A DNA stretch of 64,000 nucleotides from Carcharhinus longimanus (Eukaryota), in assembly GCA_030264375.1 (NCBI GenBank), contig JASCQW010000162.1, positions 77,556,436 to 77,620,435 of the forward strand, in the 5' to 3' direction. The translations under genes were made by a program, and so were the position numbers. Numbering within the stretch: the stretch's first letter is position 1; every line of letters begins with the position of its first letter. This document shows, one piece after another, positions 25,991 through 36,681 of the stretch. Below the pieces are notes generated by a model that saw nothing but the letters and a program-made list of their open reading frames with translations, was not told the DNA's origin and searched no databases.

Positions 25991-26989
25991 CAACTGTCTT
26001 GGCTGACACCTTTTCCGTTAACATAAGACTTGAGAGCACAAAGGTGACACAGGTGTTTTTCAAAATTAAATTTCACGTTACAGTGACGTTACACCATCTT
26101 TATTTGTTGAGATTCGTTTAGTCAAAGAACTAAATATACAGGCACACCTCATGGCTGACAGACATTGAAGATTACATAGGAGGTAGAAATATTTCCTACA
26201 TTCGGGATGTTGTGTTTTTGCATTCACTGTTTACTGAATGTTCATGTCAAAACCCAGTGTCATTTTGGAACGTCGCTGAACCTGCAATTTCAGCTGGCCT
26301 TTCCCCTCTTTGTATTGTAAGGATATTGTTCAAGACCAATTTCAGTGGGGATAATTGAAATGTTGTAGATGTATTCAAAGCCCCAAAAGGATTTTTCCAG
26401 CCAAAAACCTGAAATCGACATATATTTGGACAACACTGACACCATCATTTAGGGCTCTCATTTTCTTATTTTGACTGTCCCACCAACTTCCCCAGAACAC
26501 CCAGAAGGCCAGGGCCTTACCACCTCACTCCTCTCTGCTCCCAATTCCACCCTTTGTCCTCACATCGATCCATTTTCTAATCCTCCATGCCTCCAATCCC
26601 ACTCCATAACTCCGCCTCACCACAAATTCACCTTTGCCAATCCAAGCCTCCATGCAAGAGTTCATTCTTCTCCTATCCTCCCTCATTCTGTAGAGTTAAA
26701 CAAGGAAAATCACTGACCCTACACACAAATGCACAAAGCCAACAGGTGCATATCACCTTTAGATGATTGTGAACTGACTGCCATTTATATCTCTTGTACC
26801 TTTGACTTTTTCTTGAAGGTAGGACTTTATAGAAAACAGTTTCACATTAATGAGTATTCATTACAAAAATAGACCAGCATAATATTCAACATGCTGCAAA
26901 CACACTGCTGACTTTATTTTTGCATCTTAACCCTCTGGGAAGGCAATCAAAATTTTGCATCCCATTTAACTAAATCATGTTCCCCCTTG

Positions 26990-27600
26990 TAGGCTTTGGA
27001 AAATTTGATTCATCACATAGTGATTTGAGTACAGAAGTAAAGATATCTTGCTTCAATTGTATGGAGTTTTGGTGAGACTGCACTTGGAGTATTGCGTAGT
27101 TTTGGTCTCCTTATCTAAGGAAAGACATCTGGCCACAGACGGAATGCAACAAAAAACAGACTAATGCCTGGAGTGGTAGGTTTGTCTCCTGGAGAGAGAA
27201 ATTGAGAACACCAGGCCTGTATTCACTAGAGTTTCAAAGAATAGAGGTGATCCTATTGAAACTTAGAAACACCTTGCATGGAGTGACAAGATTGATGTAG
27301 ATAGGATGTTTCCCTTGGCTGGTGTGTCTAAAACCAAGAAACACAGTCTTAGAATAAGGGCAGGTGATTTAAAACTGAGATGACGAGGAATTTATTTCAT
27401 CAGAGGGTGATGAATCTTTGGAGTTCTTTACCCCAAAGGACAGGGAAAGATCAATTATTGGGTAAGTTTCAGCCAGAAATTGTACACTATGACACAAAGA
27501 GATATAAGAATTTTGGGGGAAAATAGCCTTGTGTTAGATGATTAGCCATGATCTGTTTGAGTGGCAGAGCAACCTCGACAGGCTGAATTCCTACTCTGTT
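26990..27600 (+). mobile_element. Old CR1 LINE 3' fragment
   Basis: Degenerate homolog of 11550-12150 (LVRLHLEYC..FWSPYLRKD; RGDPIE). Confidence 0.75.
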
Positions 27601-29229
27601 CCCTCTGTTTACCTGTTCCGAAATTGCTAAACCTTTTCTGTTTTTCACTGAAGATTTTCCTAAGAATTATAGAATCTTTGGAAATGTTCTAGTATTTTCC
27701 CAAGTTGTCATTATTCATCTGCGAGTTGTTACAGAGTTTAAGCAGATTATTTAATCACTAAAATAATCATCTAGCATCTTCAATACCCAGTGAACCCTGG
27801 AAACAACCTGCATGGGGATGCTGCATAGAAATAGGAACAGGCTGCCTGTGATCATCTCCATCTATCTGTGAATGTTGTTGATACAGTGTCTTTCATGATC
27901 TCATGACTACCCAAAGAACTATTGCAGTGAGCCATGGCTCAGCAATAGAACACTAGCCCCCGAATCAGAAAGTCATGGGTTAATGTCCCAACCAACTTAA
28001 TACAGACTGGGGAGCAATGTGTGATTTCTTGGCCATGTATTTACATCTTTGAAGGATTGTTTTGATAAATGTAGAGGCTGAGGGCTATGCTGTCAACTCA
28101 GGTAGTTCCACAGACTCATTGCATCAGCTGGCTGATTCAATTTGTAATCTCATGCTTATTCGGTTTCAAATAATGTCATAAAGCTCACTGCAGAACATCA
28201 TTGACAGTTTGTAAGGTCTGCCATCATAGAACCTGTTTTGAGTTGACAAGATTGTTAGTGTTTCTGTCTTACCTTTACATCAGTTACTGCAGAAGTTGGG
28301 CAAGTAAGTTGACCTTTAAAAATCCCTCCAAAATGCGGGTCAACTAATACGCCACGCATGTAAGTAAACTGCTGGTGTAGATGGTCAACACTTTGAAATA
28401 TCATTAGCACCCAATGCAGACTGTCATGTCTTAAACATCCACTCATATACAGAAGACAATCTTCATTGTCTGCTTGATATCTTATACCCGGTTATAAGAT
28501 ACCCATCAGTAAAATTGTCATCTTTGGGGTGAAAAACTGAGGCTGATTACTACCACGAGTATAGTATGTCATGGCTGAAAAGGGAAGTCCACTTGTATGC
28601 TAAATATGTATTAAAAACATGAATTTTGGGACAGGAAAAATTAGTCATCTTATATACACTGTGATTTATGGTACATGTTCTCCATCAATATTCAATTCAG
28701 TTGCCTCTCAATGGAAGAAAAATATAAAACAAAATTTAGTTTCATAGAACATAGAACATTACAGCGCAGAACAGGCCCTTCGGCCCACGATGTTGCGCCG
28801 ACCAGTTAAAAAACANNNNNNNNNNNNNNNNNNNNNNNNNNNNNNNNNNNNNNNNNNNNNNNNNNNNNNNNNNNNNNNNNNNNNNNNNNNNNNNNNNNNN
28901 NNNNNNNNNNNNNNNAGGGCAGGGGGAGAGGGGCAGTGTGGCCAGGGGGAGAAGGGCAGGTGGGGGCAGGGGAGAGGGGCGGTGAGGACAGGGGGACGGG
29001 GGCTGGTGAGAATTCGGGGCTTTGGAGGGAGTGGACTAGCAGCAGACTGGATGGTTCCAGAGCTGCAGGTGGCAAGAAACAGAATGATCTCTGTCTCAGA
29101 AAGAGTGACTGACTGAGAAAAATCGCCATTCACACAGACTTAAACCAGCACTGGCATTGGCTGGCAGGCACGCACTAATAATTTAGTGTTGAAAAAAAAT
29201 CACTCGTGCTGGCGATGAAAACCACTCAT

Positions 29230-29720
29230 GCTGGTGGCTGCAGCACTCACCTCCTGACTCCCCAAAGCCTGGCCACTATCGACAAGGGAGAAAGCAGGAT
29301 GAGTGCAGCTCCAAGAAACCACAAGAAGCTCAACACCATCCAGGACAAAGCAGCCCCACTTGATTGGCAGCTCATCCACAAACATTCATTCCCTCCATCA
29401 TCGATGCAGAATGGCAGAAGTGTATACCATCAACAAGATGCACTGTAGGGTATCACCAAGGCTCCTGAGGCAGCACCTTCCAAATCCCCAACCATTACCA
29501 TCTAGAAGGGCAAGGGCAACAGATAAATGGGATCACCACCTGGAAATTCCCCTCCAAACTTCTTACCATCCTGATTTGGTAATATATTGCCATTCCTTCA
29601 TAATCAGTGGGTGAAAACCCTGGAACTCCCTGCCTAACAGCACTGTGGATGTACCTACACCATACTGACTGCCATTGTTGAAGAAGATAGTTCACCATCA
29701 TCTTCCCAATGACAATTAGG
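29230..29720 (+). mobile_element. Old CR1-group LINE 3' fragment (same family as 10260-10895)
   Basis: Shares aagaagctcaacaccatccaggacaaagcag and caagatgcactg blocks. Confidence 0.7.
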
Positions 29721-32700
29721 GATGTGCAATAAATGCTGGCAAGATCTCCCAGGTACCTGAGGGGAGGGTGTCCTAAATCTGAAGAATCCAGAGGCAATCT
29801 TGACCATGCAATTGTAAGCTCTCCCCCACCACCTGCCTCTGCATTTGCCAGTGGGGACAGTGTAAGATTCTGGCCATGGTTTACCACTAACATTTCGGGA
29901 CAATTAGAGATGGGCAATAAATCTCACCATTTCCAGAGATAATCACATTCCTAGGATGAGTGAGGGAAATTATACAGGACACTTCGTTGGATTGTATTGC
30001 AGAAAATCACCAAACTTGTTCAAGCAGCAGAATTTGAGGATGTCAATGTTCAACTCAATCAGGGTTCTGCTGATCCCACAGATCTTTCTGTAAAGCAGTT
30101 CATTCACTGAGGTTGGATTCCTAAGAGGAGTTAAGATGCAAGCCCATCCCCAAATTAACAAACCTCTCACTTGCTGAATAGGGGGTAAAAAAGAGTTGCA
30201 GTGGCTGCCAAGGAAGTGAGCACAGATCTGTATCATTTGCGGCTGGTGATCACACAAGAGTTACACGTATATTGCAGTGGATGGCTTTGATACTCATGAA
30301 GGCAGACGGTAATGTGGAGGAGCTGACAGGATGATGTGGCTGCAATCAGTGTAGGAAATGTGTACCTTTTTGTACGTTTTATAATTTGTGCTATGAACTC
30401 TTTCATGTATTTTGTAGTTCCTGGTAAATGAAAAGTTTATTCTAAATGTTTGCATCGGAAATATGTTCTTTGTGACTTGGATCAAATCCAACTCACACTG
30501 TAATTTAAAGGACATTTGGTTTGTGTGACTTGAATCAAATTGAAGTCACACTGTAGCACATATTGATAGTGTGAAAAGCAAAAGGCACAAGGGACATACT
30601 TTGAAATGTATAGATCAATGGACTTTGGGGCTATAACTAAATGAGTGTAAGTTATTAAGTCTGTCAAATGGTTTTCCAGGTAAAAGTTAATGATGCACTG
30701 TTTAATTTTGAGGATACTTTGATTATGTGTCCCTGACCATTGACAAATGGAATAGTAAGATCATGAGTATGACAGCAATATTAGAACATAGCATGAATTC
30801 TGACTACAGAAGATAAATACGGACAACGAAACAGGTCGAGTGAGCAGATTTGAAGAGAAAGGGAGAGAAAGAGGAAGAAGTTACAGGCATTTTAGCACCA
30901 CTAGAGTTAGTGGGAAGCAAGAACCATTCAAACTCGAAGATATCAACTGTTTTTGTTAAGCATCACATTTGGTGCTTGGTAGATTGACCTGATACCTCTG
31001 CATTAGGTATCTCATCATCTGAAATTCATTGTCTGGTCATGAAACCTCTTACATCAGTGAATCTCTGCACTTGGCAGAACCAGCCTGAGCAAAATCCTAC
31101 CTAGATGTTTCTTGATGTCCTTGGGGAGCTTGATGTCAGTGTTTGTTTTAACAAACATGGTATTAGTCACCTGCTCAATGCAAGCGTGAACTGCAAACTG
31201 ACTGATAGTACTGAAATATCCTTTGACAGCCTAGCATTAAAATGGCATGGTGGCTAGATGAGAACCAGCAGCCAATAATCGAGTCAGGAGGATGGGAACG
31301 GTCTTGTGATTGTTCTGAGTCTGTCTTATAGTGGACTAGCAAGTGTATCTACATGCATTTTCTAGTTACCAGTCATTGGATAGTGCTTAGGGGTGGGAAT
31401 TTACTGTTTTCTTACTTTTTAAATTAACAATATGAGGCTGATTATACTGTTCTCATCATTGGCCTGTCGAAGGCCAAGATTTTGGGGAACAATGTTTGGT
31501 ATGGGTGATAAATAACAACAGTATCAACAATGTGGCTCTAGCGATTGCCTAGTGCAACAGTCAGGAGATCTGGCCTCATTTACATTTTATGACTAAGCTC
31601 CAGCAACTGTGATCCATGCATTTGGTCTGCCTGTCAGACATTGTGGGATTTTACAGCCTCGCTTGGGCAAATCCGTAAATTCCCGTCCGAGCTCAACGGA
31701 AATTTCCATTGTTGATCCTCGCCCATGCCGATTCGTGGCAGGCAGGGTGGTAAAGTTCTGGCCCTTGTTTGGGGAGGCGGGGAGACGGTGAGGCATTAGA
31801 TAGGAATGGGCCAGCTGAAGGGGAACCAGTTAGGTCTTTCAACTTTGGAATAAATGGAATAACCTGAGAAGGATTTGCACAACTGAACAGACTCCAACCT
31901 GTCTCTCTGATGAGAGATCATTGACCTGAAACACTGGGGGCGATTCTACCATCTCGACCCACAAATTTTCTGGCAGGTCAGGTTGGGAGATGCATGTGTT
32001 GGCCATTCCCTGCGAGCGTTTACAATCTGTGCGCATCTCCCAACCGAAAGAGAATGGCACTGCCGGGACTGCGCAGAAAACTAGCGTGCCACTGATTTGC
32101 ATCACTTTCCATATTATAGCATGCCATTATCGGGATTGACATGGCAACCTCCACCCACATTTGCGTCTTCCACCTCTTTGGCGTGATGTGACTTTGGCAC
32201 AAATCAAAATAGGTATTTAAAAGTCTCAACCTGGAATGGCAGCCTTGAACTGGCTTGAGGAGGTAAGTGTTGCTAGTGGAGTGCGGGAGATGTTGCAGTA
32301 GCAGGTCCTGGTGATGCCAGTTGGGTTTCCTCCTGCTGTCTTCAGCTGCTGGCTCACGGACTAGTGATACCTGGGATGCAGGGTGGGGTGGGGCCCTTCA
32401 ATTTTCTCAGAACTCTCTGGGTGAGGTTCCGTGAAGGAATCCCCCTCATTGTTCTCCTCTATGCCAGCACTGTAGCTCAGTGTGGGAAGCAGCCTCAAGG
32501 AGTCCTGTTCACCTTCTCCCTCCAGGGCACTTTGCAGTAGCATTGTCTTGCTGTGGGGTGTGGTCAGGGACTCCACTGAGTGCTGGTGTTTTGGGATGGA
32601 TGAAGAGTGCACCATGTGCTGACTGAGGCCTAACCAGCTGAAGCAGCTGCTGCTCCAGGCTGAGATGCAGAGGTTCAGACATGGACTGCATGGAATCTGC

Positions 32701-33225
32701 TGTCACTGGGCACTTCATCTGGTACTGATTTGCGGTCTGCCCCTGCCCTCTGACAAGGACCAGCAACACATGCCTGTAACAGATGCTGTAATTGCACACA
32801 TAGCAGTGGCTCAAGGGTGCGCATTGCCTATGGCTACACAGCGACCTGCATAACCTGTGCCAGCATTTGTCACAATGGGAATCTCACACAGTCCTAATCG
32901 GGTCACGCATGGCACCATGGATTGTGTGGTGTTGCCATCGCCCACAAGTGGGGGTACTGGCCCAAGTGAGGGATTGGGGTGGTGCTGGGTCTATGCGGCC
33001 AATGATAATAATCTCTGAAACCCCACTGTGCAGATAGATCTCGGTTTGCTCTATCTGGACCTGGCCATTATAGTGACAGCAGGGGTGGAGGAGGGGGAGG
33101 TGGTGGGCATGGAGAGACCACCGCAAAAGCAGCCACTACCAGTCCCTTAGGAAGGAGGGCAGGGGGCTGCCGCTGAGGCCAAAATTAATGAACTGCCCTG
33201 CCCCAGCACACAGGCAGATCACAGT

Positions 33226-33830
33226 TACCCTATGTGCCCGGGCAGGGCATTTCATTAATTTTGATGTGGGCAGTGCACAGCAGGCGGCCCAGGCTCTCGG
33301 CCTTGCTTCCATCACTGGGATTCCCAATGTGCAGGGTGCAGTAGATGGCCATATGTATGACTGTAGCAATCTGTGAACAGGAAGGAGTTCCACTCCCTGA
33401 GCGTCCAAATTGTCTGCGACCATCGAATGAAGATCATGCAGATCGATGCACGCTGTCCAGGGAGTGTCCATGACAGCTTTGTCCTCAGGCAGTCGGACAT
33501 CCCTGGGCTTTTTGAAGGCCAGCCCAGGCTCCTGGAATGGCTACTGGGTGACCCGCTAAGGTCATGGCTGGTGACACCTGTGCAGAGGCCTGAGACCAAG
33601 GTGGAGACCCACTACAATGAGGCCCATGCAGCCATCTCATCTGTTGTTGAGCAGTACATCGGCCTGCTGATGATGCGGTTCTGCTTGGACTGCTTTGGGG
33701 GGCCCTCCAATATGACCCTGTGCGTGGTTCACGCATCATGATCTTTTGCTACCCTCTGCACAGCATCGCCCAGCAGCAGGGAGACCAGTTAGAGCAGGAG
33801 GAGGAGGAGGAGGAGCGGTGAGGAGGTAAG
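33226..33830 (+). pseudogene. Harbinger (HARBI1-like, DDE_Tnp_4) transposase fragment
   Basis: GIPNVQGAVDG; NRKEFHSLSVQIVCD..DARCPGSVHDSFVLRQS..WLLGD..PLRSWLVTP..YNEAH..VEQYIGLL..RFCLD; frameshifted. Confidence 0.9.
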
Positions 33831-34559
33831 GTGGGCGTCCCGCCATATGAAGAGCCGGAGAAAAGAGGGAGGGCGGTGATAGCAGGTTTCCAGCGAGGAA
33901 GGGCAGTGCGGGACTCTCGCTTGCAGCCCACTTCACCTAGCTGGAGCTGGGCAGTGAGGGGGCAGCAGCCAACACACGTCCACCACACCCCCGGAGCAAG
34001 TACAGCCCTCTAAACTGACCTGGGCCCTCAAACCACCACATCACCCTTCCCCAACCTCTGTCATCCCACCACCCTATATCCCCCAGAAACATCTGAATCT
34101 GTTAAAGTGCCTGGGCTGGCAATGCTTGTGAGTCTTGGTTAAAGGCTGGAGGATGATGATTTGCTGTTGTGCACACTGGGATCCAGCCCCTGGTGCCACT
34201 CAAGTCTGACTCCTACCTGTACTCCGAATGCACGCTGGCCCATGTAGTTGTAAGGGGTTAGGGACACATGTTCTGACCAAGGTGGGGAGGGGGGATGTGG
34301 GGAGGGGCTGGTGAGGGGAGGGCACTTGCACCTAGGGTCTGGTGGATGATGGAGAAGGTAGAGCAGGCATTCTGTAACATGTGGCTGAGTCTGCAAATCA
34401 CAACAGACAGCAGCTCTATGTTTGGGAATCGGGACCACTCAGGTCTATGGGAGGGCAGGATCAGACACGCATTAGTCACAGTTGAGGTGGAATTAAAAGT
34501 TTATTGTGTTCTTAATGTTATTGATGAATAAACCCTGACTACTGGTGACCTTCACACGT

Positions 34560-36615
34560 GCCCTTTTGGTGAGCTACAACTTTCTTCGTGAGGTCTACTG
34601 TTTCTTTTAGGTATTACCCCAGGATGCACCTTGGAGGTGGAGGTGTCCAGCTGTGATACACGCCCTGTTACCTGTGATACCCTTGGCGGACGTCCCCTGG
34701 GTGGCCGGGACCTACAGGGCCCCGGCTGACTTGTGGATGGCACTGTTTCAATGTCTGTTCATCTCACTGGCCCTGAGAAGCCCCGGTGAGAGGAAGCAGA
34801 GGAATGGAAGGTCTTGGGATGTCTGGCATCTCCTGGGTGGAAGGTCCCGGCATTGGCTCAAGCCCTTCCTCCTCCCTTGGGGTGCCCTGAGGTCCGGGGG
34901 ACACTCCATGGGATACCAGGGTAGCTGGACTGAGCTGCAGAAGCTCCGGCGTCACCTGGCTCTGCCAGTCGTGGAGGCCTAGATGCATCTGCCCCATGTT
35001 GTGTGATCCCTCAGCCCTGTCCCTTTGTGTCTGGGCTGAGCTCTGGAGCCCCTCCGCTACAGCATTCTGTGAGCAAGCCAGGCTCTGGAGCCCCTCAGCA
35101 GTAGCCCTCTGAACCTGGTCTAAGTTGTCAAAACTCACAGCCACGGCCTGCTGTATCTCCAGAATGTCAGCGAGAGTCCCAGCCATGGCCATCAGTGTCT
35201 CCCACATGCCCCCAATGCCCATGGCCATCGAACACTGTGTCTCCTGGATGATGGAAACACACTCGCCCATGGCCCGTAATATCTCCAGGATGGCCTGGAC
35301 TCTGTCATCCATGAGGTCAGACCCCTGAGTCAGACTTTCCACTACGATTGCCATCCTTGCAGTATTGGCCTGGGTCTCATGCTGTGTCAGCACCACCTCC
35401 TATAACAGCACTCTGTTTGACTCCCCTAAACAGTGTTGCAGCCGCAGTATGGTTGCTGACAGCCCTTCCACAAGTCCCCGGGTTTCCTGATGCATCTCCA
35501 CCAATCTTGGGAGGAACAAACCCAGAGACTCAGCAGCTGGCTTGGAGATAGCTGAGTTCTGGCCTCCAGTAGACCTTCATGTGCTTGAACCCTTGGATGT
35601 GCCCGCCTCCATTCAATGTGAATCAGCAGCTGTGATGTGTTCACCAGATCATGACCCAGAAGCCTCAACACTAAAGTACCCACCGTGGTGCTCGTCTCTG
35701 TGTTGGTGGATTGTGTGGTACATGCCAGTGATGCTTTAGTGGTGCTGCCCTCAGAGGGTTCCTCAGTGCCTCCCTCCGAGATGTAATCCAGGGGTTCGTG
35801 GGCAGTTTGCTGCAGAGCAGCAGGGGCAGCGGCAACACACGAAGGGCCGGGTTCCTCTGGGTCCACAGCTGGAAAAAAGAACACACAAATGGGGAAGGGA
35901 GGCGAAACATTCTATGCTGCAGCTTACTGACTTAGAGGAAGACCAGGGTTAAGGGTGTGCTTCTGTTCACTTGCATGCTGTACACTGACCTGGCTGTCGG
36001 TGACTATTCAGTATGGCCCATCACCCCCTGCCAACTCCTTAGCATGCTCTTCCATGCTACTCAGCTGCTGCAGGCCAGGCACACCACCAGCAATCTGTGT
36101 CATCTCCTGTGCATTGTGGATTTTCTTGTGGAACGTAAGGTGGATAGCAAGTATTAACATATTTCAGTGCATGTTATGCAATGCATGCCTGTATCTCGGG
36201 CGTTGTACTGACAGTTTTGGGGAAAGCAGTCACCACTGAAGGGTGCTCGATGAGGAGTGAGGGGAAGGGGCTAGATTCTGTTGCTGGGGGAAGGGTCACG
36301 TGTTGCATAGGCTTCAGGTGTCTTATCAGGGTTGGAGACCTGTGCCAAGCATGTACATGGTTCCAAGAGCGATACTCACTCACCCTTGCTGTTCGCAGAA
36401 GGTCGTTCATTTTTTTGCAGCACTGTGTGCCAGAGCACAAAGCAGGCTTCTGGCATTCACCACTTCTGCTACCTCCTCTCACAATGCCATGGCAGATGCA
36501 CTCCTTGGGTTGGGGCCCTGGCCAGGGAATAGACGATCATTCTCTCCTCCAAGGCATCTGGCAGGTGCTTCTGGTCTGCCTCTGAAAATCTGGGAGCCAG
36601 TTTACGAGCAGCCAT
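34560..36615 (-). pseudogene. Harbinger Myb/SANT-like (NAIF1-like) accessory gene, intron-containing, decayed
   Basis: ATG at 36615: MAARKLAPRFSEAD...QCCKKMNDLLRTAR, then a GTGAGT donor (36383); exon 2 with ..IAGGVPGLQQLSSMEE; acceptor ttttttccAG near 35870; low-complexity/heptad C-terminal ORF 34764-35396. Confidence 0.75.
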
Positions 36616-36681
36616 CTTTGTGACATGACTGGCAGTGTCCATTTCTGCAGCTTATCTGCAGCTATGGCTTATGAGGGGAAC

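Noticed and set aside
28330-28672. Possible pogo/Tc2-like MITE remnant
   Set aside because: One TIR-like end (..gatttatggta) only; no partner TIR found.
28917-29005. G-run tract (G-quadruplex-like), also C-rich 63350-63800
   Set aside because: Low-complexity sequence next to a gap or within repeat debris; no independent sign of function.
29980-30460. Coding-looking stretch followed by a 3'UTR-like AT-rich region (possible retrocopy)
   Set aside because: Short frames (..QKITKLVQAAEFEDV.., ..TYIAVDGFDTHEGRR*) match no protein I recognise; no polyA tail or TSD. BLASTx would decide.
33188-33741. Host HARBI1 gene (and NAIF1 for the Myb ORFs)
   Set aside because: Frameshifted, TIR-associated and multi-copy within an intron, so transposon relics rather than the domesticated genes.
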